64,000 bases of DNA from Anthoceros angustus (Eukaryota > Plantae > Anthocerotophyta): assembly GCA_010909165.1 (NCBI GenBank), contig VJWM01000197.1:186001-250000 (forward strand). Reading direction: 5' to 3'. Below, in pieces: positions 1 through 13,391 of the stretch. The notes under the pieces are model-generated. The model was given only the letters and a program-made list of their open reading frames with translations, had not been told where the DNA came from and made no database searches. Position 1 is the stretch's first letter, and each line of letters starts with the position of its first letter. A program made the position numbers and the translations under genes.

Positions 1-228
1 ATAGTCTCTTATATTAAAAGAATTGTGATTTTCTATGTACTTATGTATGTATGTACTATACCTAGGTAACCTTGCTAAAACCTAGGTGTGTTTTGTTATC
101 ATGCACTACCGGTTTACAAGTCAATTATGGTGGGGGTTTGGTCATTACCGATGGCAGGTATATGATTTTGTGCACTGCATTGTTGTTTGCAGTGTGATGC
201 GGGCGGTGTGGGAGATTTGGGTAGGAAT

Positions 229-3200
229 ATGTCCACGTCTGGCGTGGATGTGCTTCCGCCCGGAGGCATACAAGCCGGGGTTGCAGAAGCTGTCCCGGAG
301 GTGGAGGAGGAGGATGCATGTGACAAGACAGAAGAAGTGCGAGTTGTGGGAGACGTCTCGTCTGTGGATGGGAAGGAACAGGGAATTCTGAATGCGAGCG
401 CATCATTGGTTACAATGTGTGAGAATGGCAACAAAACATCTTGCAATGAAGACGCGCCAAAGGAGGCCGCGGCGGGGAAGGTGGCTTCCGGGATGGTGAG
501 CAGAAAGGATAAGCGGAAACAGTTGAAGAAGTTGAAGAGACAGCAAATTCGGCAGGAAGTGGCTGTGGCGAGGAAGGTCGAGGAGGATGCCCGGCTGGCT
601 GATCCGGAAGAGCAGGCTAGGATACGGTTAGAGGAGCAGCAAGAAGCGGAAGCTTTGGCGCGGGAGGAGGCTGAGAATGATAGGCTGATGCAGCTCTGGC
701 TTGAAAGGGATGAGCAGGACAGGAAGGAGGCCGAGCGGCGGCTACAGGATGAGCTGGCTCGGCAGGTAGGATGATGGGATGGATGGATGAGTATGTTGCC
801 GTGGGAGGTTTGTTTCTTGTGCAGCTGATTGGATGAGTGACTGATGGCCCGTCGCTGGCTCTGCAGCAAGAGGAGGAAGAGGCCAGGAAGCTGGCGGAAG
901 AGGACCAGCTTGAAGAGGGATGGGAGTATGTGGACGATGGACCAGCTCAGATAATCTGGCAAGGAAACGAGATCATCTTTAAAAAGCCTAAGAAGAAGGT
1001 CCTGAAGGCAGTTGGTGGCCAACCTAATGAGGTATTGTGATGTTGCCGGGCGTGAGGTAGGTTGTAGCAGAGGATAAGTCTGTTTTCTGCTCTAAAGGAT
1101 GTTCCACGTTGCGTTTTTTTGGTGCAGAAAGCTCAGGCGCCATCATCAAATCCTCTTCCACCTCAGGGTACAGCATTTGCAGCCCAGCGGCGGACAGAAC
1201 CTACGAGTCCATCCGAGAGTGCTGAGAAAACTCGGAATTTCGGGACTGAACAGGTGGGTTTGTCTACAATGGTTTCCCTAGAGCAATTGTTTTTTGTCTG
1301 CCTTCGTGGCAAAAACTGACAACATTACTTCTTCTGCGCTCTACCTCCAGGACAAAACACATTGTCCTTTCCATATCAAGACCGGAGTGTGTCGCTTTGG
1401 AGTTTCTTGCAGTCGAGCTCATGTGTATCCAGATAAATCTTGTACCTTGCTTATAAGGAACATGTACACTGGCCCAGGCCTGGCTTGGGAGCATGAAGAT
1501 GGGCTAGAGGTTTGTATTGTCCGTGTCTTGTGGTTGGCATTGGTCTGTATTGTGCTTGGGCATGTTTTCAGGGGAGTACGGCAAGTAACCTCCAGGGGTT
1601 GTGTAGTCAGCATGGTCCTGTGTATGAGTCGCACACCATAAGACTGTGTGATGGGGTAGCATTACGGTCCTTGTTTTCAGAATGCTCTGAAGCAGTGGTT
1701 ATTAGAAGTTGCTTGCTCAGCTGGGTGTGCAGTGCATAGTTTTTTTAACTGTTTCCTCCAGAATGTACTTGCACAACTACTGTGATTGGAGGTGGACAGC
1801 ACCTCTTGGCTGAGGCCCAAGATATGTGAGCCGTTCCGTATCCTGCTGTTAACTGTAGAGCTCCGCACCTTTGTTATTGCATAGTTTGCAGCAGATATTG
1901 AACTTCATTGTCGGAAAAGTGATTAATTGTGAAGGAGCAACCCTTTGGTGGATTGTGCCTGGAAGTCTCCTTGATTGTAACGCTTTGTCAGAGATGTTAG
2001 AATGCCAGGACCTGTTGGCCTTAGCTCTGTGAGGGCTACGTATGGCCATTTTATGGTGTTTTTGGCTGCTTAATGGATGACAGTACACTGAGGAGGAAGT
2101 CTACGACCATTTTGAAGAGTTTTACGACGATGTCCACGAGGAATTTCAAAAATGCGGGGAACTTGTTAATTTCAAGGTGACTGGTCTTGTCATTGTGTAG
2201 GTGGCTGATGACGATGCATGATATGACACCTGATCGCTTTCCTTCTCATTCTCCTGTTTACAGGTATGCAGAAATGCCTCTTCTCATTTACGAGGCAATG
2301 TATACGTCCAATATCGATCGAATGAGGATGCTATGTTGGCCTACAGCTCATTAAATGGGCGGTATTATGCTTCAAAGCAGGTCATCTCGCAAACCAGTTG
2401 CAAGCTTCCCTGCCTTTTTACTTCTGCATATTTCTGTTTGGGCTCGGTTGAGTGCAGTGACTGCAGACGCACATCCCGAACAGTTGCTAACCTTTTCTCA
2501 GTTAGTATGAGTCTTTCAAGGCATGAGACGTGCCACTTACCAAAGTGACTGGTTTTGGTATCATTTTTGCCACAGATCACGTGTGAGTTTGTCGGGGTTA
2601 CCCGATGGAGAGTGGCCATATGTGGAGAGTACATGAGGGCCAAATACAGGGTATGGTTCTGATTGCCCTGTGCGACGTCTGACTCCATTGCACGTCTTGG
2701 GTGCTTTTCTGATAAAGCATTATTGGTTATTAACTTGTTAACTGTGATTCATATCCTGTTTTGTCTCTGTTGACAGCCCTGTTCGCGTGGAACGGTGTGC
2801 AACTTCCTGCATTGCTTCCGGAATCCTCGGGGCGAGTACGCCTGGGCAGACTGGGATTTGCCGCCGCCAAGATATTGGCAGTGCATGATGGACCAACTTT
2901 TTAGTTGTAAAGGGGGGACGAGGCAGAGGAGGGAAGACGTGCACATCGAGAACGGAGAGAGGAGTTCACATCGGGGCAGGGCATCTGACCATCCCCACAA
3001 GAGCAGCAGGAGTCGTGCCCGGAGCCATTCCAGTGACAGGGAGGATCACCACCGCCATTCCCCCGACTCGGACGTGGTCGACAACGAAGCTGGACTCAAG
3101 CGCCCAAGGACAAGCACCGCTGACAAGCTATCTGACAGGGGTGAACACCACAGCGGAAGCAGGTCACGATTATCTAAAAAATCAACCAGGGAGCACAGCA

Positions 3201-3670
3201 GCGTCGACAAGTCCTCGGGAGGTGGGAAGAGCGGCAGAAGAACCACGGACCCCTCTACACCGGAGTCCGAGGATGAACGCGCCTTCCAAAGGGATCGGAG
3301 CAGGATCAGAAGGTGTGGGGAGGACAGACCTTCCAGGCGCGAGAGAAGCAGGTCTAGAAGCCGCAAAAGGGCAAGGCATTCCCGGCACGAGGAGGATGTG
3401 GAAGAGGATAGAACTTCCTCCAGAAGACACAGAGCTGTAGACTCCGGTGATGAGGACAGCGAGGAGCTGTCAACCCCAGTTGGCAGATGGAGGTCTAGTG
3501 AAACACCAGCAGAGTCCGATGAAGAGGCGGCTTCCAACAAGGATGGAAGTCGGTCGAGAAAGCGTAGATCAAGATCACTTCACTCCACTCATCGGACACA
3601 CAAGGCTCACAGGAGTGAGAGGTCCCTTGCTGAAGAATCACACGACCCAGATGATAGATGGCAATGCTAA
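229..3670 (+). CDS. ZRSR2: ZRSR2/U2AF35-related CCCH-RRM-CCCH splicing factor (AT1G10320-like), about 9 exons
   Basis: Spliced reading gives a coiled-coil N-terminus, ZnF1 ([21 protein letters not shown]), a UHM/RRM ([12 protein letters not shown]...[10 protein letters not shown]...[10 protein letters not shown]), ZnF2 (AICGEY...[16 protein letters not shown]) and an RS-rich tail. Introns are GT-AG. An acceptor-like ttgcag at ~192 means the true start could lie further upstream. Confidence 0.93.
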
Positions 3671-3931
3671 CGTCCGTGTTGTTTTTGACGTGGATCGGAC
3701 GATTGCTGAGGTGTCGTTATCTCGGTAGTTTCCGCTCGTCCTGTTCACGCTGGCGTGGCCGATGCCCGTGCAACAATCCGTGTAAATATCTTCTCGTGGA
3801 TCTTCCCCGAGGCGTTCAAGTATCTGCATCCCAGCTGCCCCTTGGAATTCGGCTTGAGGCTCTCCTCCTTCCGCTCTCTCGCCGGGTTGTTCGTTGTTCT
3901 GGACCATCTGACCTGCCCTTGCCCAGCCATT

Positions 3932-4707
3932 ATGGGGTTGGACGCCTTGAAGCCGAGCAGGAGTGACGAGTTCATCTCCCGCGAGGAGCAGCTGCGCGGG
4001 GAGCAGGAGGTCCGCTACATTTTCGAGGCCGCTGCGCCGAAGCGGCCTCACAAGCCCGGGCGCAGCGACGAGGAGGAGGAGGAGGCGGACGGATATGTCC
4101 CCTCCGAGATTCCTGAGCTCCGCAAATTTCAGGAGTTGGAGGCCAGCGATGAGGTCGGGTCGGCCGCCGAGTCCAGAATAGAGCTTTGCGTTTGCGGAGA
4201 CATGCTGCGGATTTCCGGATCTGATGTTTTCGTTTGCTAGTGATGAAATGCAGCATCTGGATTTCACCGGGGACGGCGTCGTGAGCGGGGAGGAGTTTGT
4301 GGAGACGGAATATTACAAGGATTTGCTTGTTGCTGAGTCCGGGCAGCATCACACGGTGCGCGGCGTTGTGAGGCTGATGAGTTTGGACGGTTTTGAAGTA
4401 GAAGACGCTGTTTCCTGATTCGCGGTTTGGTGTGGTGTGGTGTGGCTAGACCGGCTCGGGTTTCATCAAGGTATCGGTCGACGGCCCGGAAGCCTTCCAT
4501 GTGGAGTCTGAGGATCCGTACACCAACCTCTACACAGGTCACTGTAGGACAAATCCCGCCACAAACGAGTGGGAGCCGTCGTCGGACGTGGTAAGAGTCT
4601 CCTGCCTATCCCTCCGCTTGCCTCATCTTTTGGCTACGGATTCTGAGCGATATTGTTTCCTGCAGGTGACTGTTGCTTCGGAGAAGCCACCTAGGAGTGA
4701 GAGTTAG
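3932..4707 (+). CDS. MEE59: MEE59-like uncharacterised plant protein, about 4 exons
   Basis: Spliced peptide KPSRSDE...APKRPHKPGRSD...IPELRKFQ...EFVETEYYKDL...QHHT-GSGFIKV...RTNPATNEWEP matches motifs recalled for the MEE59 family. Confidence 0.72.
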
Positions 4708-5288
4708 GCAGTCTGGATGAGCTTGAGGGAGGAACCAGGCCTCGGTAGATGTTCTACAAGTTGAGAGACGTGTCCCCAAATGTCCAGTCAGTTCATTCTG
4801 GTTTTTGAGACATTTTAACTTGCTGAGCGAATGCTTGGCTTACTATCAGGCGTTTCCAACGCTTTGTGTACATTTCCTGCATTGAAAGATACCAGCGCGT
4901 TTGCAATGCGTCGCTGTAAGCCTGTGCGTGAGATCCCGAACTTTGAGGTAAATTGTCTGGTTACCGACTGACTTTGACGCGCGCGGGTCTGGAGGACCCG
5001 GTGCCACCGCCCTATGTGCTCTGAAGGAATGTAAATCTCACGATCCCCCCCGCCTGGTGTGCTGCACGTGGGGGGCGTGGTGGGTATTGGATTCCGGAAG
5101 GGCAGGTGTGTCGATCATGTAGCGCCAGATCGAAAGAAGGGTGCTTCGACGGTCCAGTGGGCTCGACGCTCAAGGAATGTGGAACGCTGTTTGCCGATTC
5201 TTGTACTCAGGATCTGAATTTGCGAGTTTTAGGAGTGGTGGTGCTCGAACCCTGAGGAGGGATAGTATGTGATCGCTAGAAGGGCACC

Positions 5289-7142
5289 ATGGGGAATATC
5301 CTGCAGGATGAGCGGAGCCGTAGTCTGCTGCTGGTGAATCTGGCAGCTATTATGGAAAGGGCAGACGAGGCACTGCTGCCGGCGGTGTACAAGGAGCTTG
5401 GAAGAGCGTTGGATGCTTCTCCTTTTCAGCTGGGCTCCCTCACATTCGTGCGGTCCCTTACCCAGTCACTCTGTTTTCCGCTGGCAGCGTACTTGTCTGT
5501 CCACCACAATCGTGCCAGTGTGATTGCGCTGGGAGCAATTCTTTGGGCGGTGGCTACTTTTTTCGTCGGCGTCTCCACTTCGTTTCTGGAGGTATTTCGC
5601 ACGTTCTCTTCCTCTTTGAATGGAGCCGGAGGCTTTTTGGTGTTGGGGAGGTAAACTTGTGGTGCGATTTGTTGGGTCATGCAGGTGGCAGTGTCGCGGG
5701 CACTGAATGGCGTGGGGTTGGCGGTTGTCATTCCTGCTATACAGTCGTTGGTAGCAGACTCCACTGATGACGACAACCGTGGAACTGCTTTTGGTTGGCT
5801 GGCAGTCACCAGCAGCATCGGTTCCATCCTTGGAGGCACACTAGCACTGTTTCTAGCAGAAACAACAGTGTTGGGACTAGCTGGATGGAGATTGTCCTTT
5901 CATCTTGTGGCAGCTATCAGTCTTGTGGTGGCGTATTTCGTACACACTTACAGCGTTGATCCACGGGTCCTTGCTTGGGCGTCAGTATCTTTGTCAAGTT
6001 AGTTGTATGTGCTTCAGGCTTGCTCCACCTTTTGCACGTCTTCTTCAGGCTGCTCTGTTAACAATAACAACCCTGTGTGTGTCTCTGGAGCAACAGGCAT
6101 AGGCGAGAAGAGAAAGGTCTGGCTGTTATATGGTCAGATTTTAAGGAGATGTTAGAGGAAGCCAAGATTGTCACCGGGGTACGAACGTTTCAGATCATTG
6201 TAGCACAGGGAATTGCAGGAAGCTTTGCTTGGGGAGCTTTGGCATTTGCTCCGATGTGGCTGGAGCTTGTTGGTTTCTCGCACTCAATGACAGCCGGGCT
6301 TTTGGGCTTATGGACAGTGGCCACATCTTGTGGGGCTCTTTTTGGCGGAACGATGGGAGACTATCTGTCAACACGTCTTCCCAACACGGGAAGGATTATG
6401 CTTTCCCAGATCAGCTCCGGTGTAGGAGTTCCAATGGCAGGGGTTCTACTCCTCGCCTTGCCAGATGACCCTTCCTTTTGGTTCTTCTACGTTCTTGTTT
6501 TTGCCGTCATGGGATTCCTCATCTCCTGGAATGCACCTGCTACAAACAAGTGAGCGCCCCTCTACTTTCCTATCTCCTTCTCTCTTTTACTGGAGTCTTA
6601 ACTAGTCTGATAACCGATCTTCCCTTTTGTGCAGCCCAATTTTTGCAGAGATCGTACCAGAAAAGGCCAGGACCAACATCTATGCGTTGGACAGATCATT
6701 CGAGAGCCTGTTGGCAGCATTCGCTCCCCCGTTTGTGGGTTATCTGGCCCAGAGGTTCTTCGGCTATGTGGCCCCTGCGTCAGGTATTGACTTCCAACAA
6801 GAGGTTGCAACAGACCGGAAGAATGCAATGTCGTTGGCTCACGCCCTGTATGCGTGCATCGGAATTCCTCTCGCTATATGCTGTGCCGTTTACAGTTTTG
6901 TGTATTGTACCTACCCGAGAGATCGAGACACAGCGAGAGCGCAATCACAGCTGGACCACGAGCTTGAAGATGGAGTCAGTGTAGGCGTAGGCCACATCAG
7001 GTTGGAGACATACGCTGCTAGAGAAGACCCCGATGAAGCAGCTGGTGAACTGGAAACTGTGCAGCTGACAGATGCCACAGCAAAGTCCAACGAGGAGATA
7101 GTTGTCATGATTCCCAACGGCTTCACGAAAAGTGTAGCATAG
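5289..7142 (+). CDS. Major facilitator superfamily (spinster-like) transporter, 4 exons
   Basis: LVNLAAIMERADEALLPAVY, RALNGVGLAVVIPAIQSLVADSTDD..RGTAFGW and PIFAEIVPEKARTNIYALDRSFES; multiple TM helices; GT-AG introns at ~5591, ~5969 and ~6551. Confidence 0.93.
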
Positions 7143-7550
7143 GTAGTTTGTCACCGAAGTGTAGAATAGTCACTGACCCGCTATAACTACTTATCAAGCC
7201 CCATTCACCCTCGGTATTGACCAGGCCAAAAACAAATCGCTCACAAAACACGTTCCATGTACGTTATTCAAAAGAATTGGCTTCCCGTCCATCAATCGAA
7301 ACCGCCATTTTGGACGTAGGGACATGCATAGTTGGAGCGACATCCACGACGAACGCAAGAGTCCTACAGTTTAGAGCCCAAGGCAGAACCCCCATTCCTA
7401 TCAAAGCTCTAACTACGCACATGTTTTGTCACACACACAATTCCGAAGCTCTAATTACATACATTAGCCTTATTCTGCTTGGTTACTTACCTTTCCTACA
7501 AAATCGTCGATTTTTTTCGACTACATTGCAATCCTCATCCGCCCTTTTAA

Positions 7551-9455
7551 AGGTAAAAAGTTAAAAGAGGTAAAAAAATTAATTAGTAGTTGTTGTGTTA
7601 AGAAGATGCATATGTTGCATGCTTCATGCAATCTCCTATCATAGAGGAATTGCTACAGCCACTAATGAAGAGCTGCCTAGTTGAGGTCAGGCTGGGGGAT
7701 ATATAAGGGCTAGAGCAGGGGCTTTGAGGACACTCATTTGAGAGAGCGGGCAAGTGTGCGCTCCAAGCCTTGTGTTGAGAGAGTTGTGGAGAGCTTAATT
7801 AGTAAGCTTGTCGTGGAGTCAAGGGCAGTAGCCAGTTGGGAGCAGGGTGTCATTTTGACCGAGTACTAGCTCAGTCCCCGGGACCGCTAGCGCTACGCCG
7901 GACTGCCTTTTCGACCCTTGGTCATTAAATATAATAAATAATAATATAAAAGATGCAGATCGCTGGAGTCCGCAGATCGCAGCCCAACCGCAGATCAGAA
8001 TCAAGGTCCATGATAAGATGTCCATGTGTCCATAATAATATAAATCCTTGGATATAAAATTAAGTAATTTATTAATTTTAAACCGAACCTTTTATGAACC
8101 CTCGGTCCCGAGGGTAATAGGGGACCGAGGGTGAGGACCGGACTCTTGAAGAACCTCCGGTCCCATGTTTTTTTTAACACATGCCGGGACCGGGACCGAG
8201 CTTGGGACGGGGTCAAAATGACACCCTGGTTGGGAGTAGATAGCCAGACTCAAGCGTGTACTCTATCAATAAAGAGCAGCACCTCGAGGAGGTGGCTTGC
8301 GAGTCGTCAGTGGACAGCGGGCTATTTGGAGCTACTTGCTGTGTCGCGAGGTTGAGAGTGCTGAGAATCGTGCAAGTCTCTTGTGGAGTGAATTGGCGAG
8401 GTCTTAGACTTGTAGGTCTTCATAAGTTGTTTCCAAAACTCTGCAATAAATCTGGGATCTCTATCACTCACAATCTGCATAGGCAGTCCATGTACCACAT
8501 ATATATGCTTCTTGAACAACTGAGCAACATCCCCGCTTCTACTCCATTTAGACATCTATATATGTACATGAGCTTTTTACCCGCCCTCCGAATAGTGTCG
8601 TCCACGACCAGCCTTCAAACTACAGTTGCTCGAATGGATCTTCTCTCATAATGTGTTGCATGTCTCTTTGTTGAAATCATTTGTGATTTCGAAAGAGAAT
8701 GAGGACATGAACAGGAAAGACTATGTCATCATGGTTCAACATAATCATGGACTGCGGGAGTTTGTTGAAGTCCTGGCAGAGAGAGAAGCGCCTGCTGTTC
8801 GTGGTTATGTACCAAAGTATCTGGTAAGGCTTCATGGTTATGCAAATCCTGCATGCATGGGTTTCACTTGAAGATGTGCAACAAGAATCATGGATGATCT
8901 TGCGTTACATTGGAAGTCATTGAGGACAATGACATCTTTCCAGTGGAGGAGAGAGTAATGGCACTGGTGAAATGAGATAGATTGGTGAAAAGTTAAAAGA
9001 GATAAAAAGTTAATTAATAGTTGCCTTGTTAAGAAGATGCATGTGTTGCATGCTTCATGCAATCTCCTGTTAGAGAGGAATTGCTACAACCGCTAATGAA
9101 GAGCTGCCCAGAGAGGACTCTTAGTGATCAGTGGTATGTAAGACTCCAATGAGTTAACAGCTGTCTAGTTGAGGTCAGGCAGCGGGATATAAAAGGGCTA
9201 CAACAAGGGCTTTGAGGACACTCATTTGAGAGAGAGCAGGCAAGTGTGCGCTACAAGCCTTGTGTTGAGAGAAAGCTATGGAGAGCTTAACTAGGAAACT
9301 TGTCGTGGAATTAACTCATAAGCATGTCGTGGAGTCAAGGGTAGTAGCCAGTTGGACATAGATAGCTAGACTCAAGCGTGTATTCTATCGATAAAGAGCA
9401 GCACCACGAGGAGGTGGTATGCGAGTTGTTAGTGGACGGCGGGCTACTTGGAGCC
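7551..9455 (+). mobile_element. Degenerate chromovirus (Ty3/Gypsy) remnant: two diverged LTR-like copies flanking integrase/chromodomain fragments
   Basis: Direct repeats at 7551-8332 (MITE-interrupted) and 8984-9455. Between them: FKLQLLEWIFSHNVLHVSLLK and chromodomain KYLVRLHGY on +, purine tract gtggaggagagag at ~8943, and integrase core HGLPMQIVSDRDPRFIAEFW on -. Confidence 0.85.
7843..8228. mobile_element. 386-bp non-autonomous hAT-type MITE
   Basis: Perfect 18-bp TIRs CAGGGTGTCATTTTGACC / GGTCAAAATGACACCCTG; perfect 8-bp TSD GTTGGGAG at 7835-7842 and 8229-8236; GGGACCG/CGGTCCC subterminal motifs; absent from the second LTR copy. Confidence 0.93.
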
Positions 9456-10224
9456 TAGTGAGATGTGCAGCTTGGATTTCTATAAGGAAGCTAAATTGGC
9501 TGCGTAGTGAGGGGCGTTACTCTCGGGTTGTATGGTTTTTGATCTGTTTTGGCACGGTTCTTTCTTCCTTTCATCCTTCAGTATGCTCTCTGGTTTTATG
9601 TTGATTTTGTAGTATGCCAAGCTTATATGTTCTATGAAGTCCAGAATATCCCTTATCCAACTCTTTGAATTGTAGTTAGCAAGATTTCTTTTTATTTTAT
9701 CAATTCGTTGGGAGTGTAGAACGTGAAGAACATTTTTAGGTTTTGCTGATAGGAATTGTCTACGAGTATCATGCCCTTATCACAAACTCGTATATATATA
9801 ACTGTGGAGCGTGCCTTCAATTTTCGCAAGTTTGAACAGTTTCAACAGTACATAATATGTTAGGGTATGAGTGTAAACGGGGTGAAGGCTATGTGATACA
9901 ATATTGGATCGATAAGACCTAGGATACGTATTGGATCATGGAATGATACCAATACACGAGCAATTAATTAGCATTGTCTTATCCAGCAGGATTACCTTAA
10001 ATATCTAATTTTCAGTGAAGACCATCTTTGATCTGAACCTGTCCATCTTGTTGCACAAACCCTTACCCAACACCATGGCTTTGCAGCCATCCACACATCC
10101 TCTAGTGAACTTGTTGAACCACAGTTAGCAATTAACTCCTTGGTAAAATAATTTTTTAAAAGAGTTTTTGTTCATGGAAGATGTCTATGATTATCATGAC
10201 GCCCATGATATCCCTTGTTCAAGA

Positions 10225-10385
10225 GTAAACTAACGATCTCTCAAACGGTAAAGTGATGGGGTCTCAAAAAGTAAACTTATGAGCTCTCAAACGAGTAAAC
10301 TGATGAACTCTCAAACCTTAAGTGAATATTAAACGTCTCAAATAGTGATTAGCTTTCAAATGGTAAACTAAAGTTTTCAAAGCCA
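10225..10385. repeat. Degenerate ~22-bp tandem repeat (core TCTCAAA..GTAAACT)
   Basis: About 6-7 imperfect copies seen directly. Confidence 0.55.
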
Positions 10386-10500
10386 AACAGTTAGCCAACA
10401 CTCTACATCTTCTAAGTATAATCACTCAATATTGAGTAGAATATTACTGTGCATCTTCTAAGAATTTTTCTCGACAAAACCTCTAAGAATGCATGAGTTC

Positions 10501-10678
10501 GAGATGTGGCAACACATCAAAATGTGACCTAAAGAAATCTAAAAAACTTGGATGCTTGCTCATTTAAAGTTGCTTGAACGAACTGGTTAGAGATGTGGCA
10601 ACACATCAAAATATGACCTAGAGAAATCTAAAAAACTTGGATGCAGGCTCATTTAACGTTGCGTGAACGAACTGGTTA
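10501..10678. repeat. 89-bp tandem duplication (2 copies)
   Basis: GAGATGTGGCAACACATCAAAAT... at 10501 and 10590, with high identity. Confidence 0.9.
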
Positions 10679-11215
10679 CATTAATCTCCAGTAATTTAGG
10701 TATAAGGGAAGCGTTTTTTATAAGAAAATTTAAGTTCAAAAGGGATTCAAACTTGTTTGACGTGGTCGACGAGCCTCACAAATACATAGGATTTAATGCA
10801 GGGTGGAAGATATACCTACCCATGAACCTGGTGCACCCTCAAATTTGCGTGTCGATAAACCGATGAATTTATTTGGCAAATAGCTGGCAGCCCTAAGCTG
10901 GTCGCTCTTCCAACAGGGGTAGGAAACCCTTGAGAGCTCTCGTCTTTCACTCGACCGTCGCCGAGCGCAAGCCCGGATCCTCCCCGCCCCTTCCTTTGAC
11001 GCTGTCGCCTCTGGGCCTCTCTTCTTCTCAGCAGGCGTCCTAGCTTCCTCTCATGCTCAGTTGATAACGAGGCGCCCGCAAGCCCTTTCTCCACCGACGT
11101 CTCCCGGCCGCATTCTGCGAACCCGCTGCCTCATACACTGTGCTCCTCCGCGCCCCCGTGCCGGCTCCAGGCTCCCCTCCATCCCATTTCTGAGCAGCAA
11201 CGCCCGTTTCAGTTT

Positions 11216-13391
11216 ATGAGGTGCGCCCTCGCTCTTTGCCTGGTCTTGGTCAGGGTTTGCGTCTTGCTTGCCGTGGATGCCCTTGGTTGCGGCATATGTT
11301 CAGATCCGAAGCTGTCGGGCACTTCTAGTGCTGGATCCAGTGTCATTTGTGCTTCGTGGGGCCTGATTTTGGTGCTCAGGCAGGGGGTGGATTTGAGAGT
11401 AGGGGGCTGGTTTGAGTCCGTTGGTGTCCGCCGTTTCGCGTAGAGAATGCCTTCCTTCTGACGAGCGTTTTGTTCTGAATGTCCTTGCAGCTCGAAGGAG
11501 AAGCCGACCCTTGGGTATGTGTAGGACAGGATTGTTTGCTGCCGTGCGCTTAAGTGGCTCTTCTGACTGGCTTGGTTAACTGACTTAGCGTGTGCTGTGT
11601 GTTCCAGCGGCACGCGGATCAAAACCCGCAAACGGAACATCGCGGTTCCGTTAGACCCGTCAACATTTGCGGATGCTGTGGTTAAGATCTATCTCAAGCA
11701 CGATGGAGACTTGGTATGTTCGTCGCTTGGGGCCGGCTGTCCGTTTCTTGCTGCCTTTCTGCAATCTACATAATAGTCGATCATGTCATGGCTGGGTTTT
11801 TTCTGCTTACGTGTGATTTGTGTGTGTGTGCAGGAGCTCATTGCCAGGGACATCGAAGCCTCAGATCTCGATTTTTCACGATATGGAGATACTTTCTTCG
11901 AGGTGTGTTGCCCTGTCCTTGTGTCACTAGTGTGCTTGTGCCAGCCTCTATATTCACCCGGTGCGTGTTATTTATATGAATTGCCGTCTCTCTGCAGGTC
12001 GTTTTCACAGGGGGCCGTAACCAGCCGGGCACGACAAAGCCCGAGGAGGGAGAGAGGCAACCATTCTCTGTCCTGAACAGGGAGCCCAACAGAGACAGCA
12101 TTCTTCCATATGTTCTTTATTTACAGAAAATTATCCGGCGACGGCCATTCATGATCAAGAGTCTTGAGAATGTCATGCGTAGGCTTTTGCAGTCTCTGGT
12201 GGGTTGTCTTCTTGGGAGGTGAACAGTCAGCAATGTCCGACCATTCTTCTGTCTGCGTGGTAAACCTTAACCGTTTCATCTCATGCTGATTGCAGGAGTT
12301 GTATGGACCAGAGGACCGCAAGAAGCTGGCAGTGTTCACTGCCCTGACTTTCTCCCAGAAGCTGTCCGGGCTTCCACCGGAGACCATATTTTCGGCCTTG
12401 CTTGATGACAGTCTTGTTGCTAAGGGAACTGTGCTTAGCTTTGTTACGGATGTCTTCAAGGAATATCTTGTGGAAAACAGCCTGGATGATCTTGTAGCTT
12501 TGCTAAAGAGAGCAAAGATGGAGGACCGGCTGCTCGATATTTTCCCGCCGCAAAAGAGAACTGTTGAGTGTTTTGCTGAACATTTCAGGTTGGTGAGGAA
12601 TCATGTCTTTTTCTCTGTCCCATATCCTTGGCAGGATTTGCAAGGAAGCTGACCTGATCTTTTTATTTGCAGCAAAGAAGGGCTGGGGGTTCTGGTGGAG
12701 TACAACACCAAGAAGGTGTTTGATGTTAAACTAAGGGAACTGAGGACCACAATGACTGATCAGATAGCTGAAAATGTTGACGTGGATGAAGTTATAGAGA
12801 TGGTGAAGCAGCGCAGAAAGGAGGCCAGTCTGCCGGATATTGATGTTGTTCAAACCATATGGGATGCCATTATGGATGCCGTTCAGTGGTCCGGGAAAAA
12901 TCAGCAGCAGAATGCAAATCATGCTCTACGCCAGGTGGGTCTCGAGTTGTACCTGTTGCTGGATTCACTCTTTTCCGTTGCTGGATGCAGGACACTTCAC
13001 TTTGCTGTGGTGCTTGTCGAAACAGGTGAAGTCTTGGGGCAAGCTTCTTGGGGCCTTCTGCACATCAGCAAAGCTGGAAATGGATTTGATATACAAGATC
13101 CAGATCCACTGCTATGAGGATGCGAAGATCATGAAATTGTTTCCGGATATAATCCGAGCTCTGTATGACCAGGATGTGCTTGCGGAGGATACTGTCCTCA
13201 TCTGGTTCAGGAAGGGGACCAATCCCAAAGGCCGGTAGGTGGTCATAGCTCTTGGGTTGTTCAGTGTGTGGTCTTCGGTTAGGTTGTGTCCGCGCTTCTG
13301 CTCATGAAATGTTGTGCGTGGCAGGCAAACTTTTGTCAAAGGCCTCGAACCGTTTGTGAAGTGGCTGGAAGAAGCAGAGGAAGAGGATTAG
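11216..13391 (+). CDS. BZW2: Basic leucine zipper and W2 domain protein (eIF5-mimic, BZW)
   Basis: Micro first exon ATGAG|gt, then SKEKPTLG-GTRIKTRKRNI, LDFSRYGDTFFE, RKKLAVFTAL, YDQDVLAEDT...WFRKG and C-terminal FVKWLEEAEEED*. Confidence 0.95.

Noticed and set aside
114-1022. 302-aa minus-strand ORF
   Set aside because: Antisense shadow of the Glu/Arg-rich ZRSR2 exons; low-complexity Ser/Leu product.
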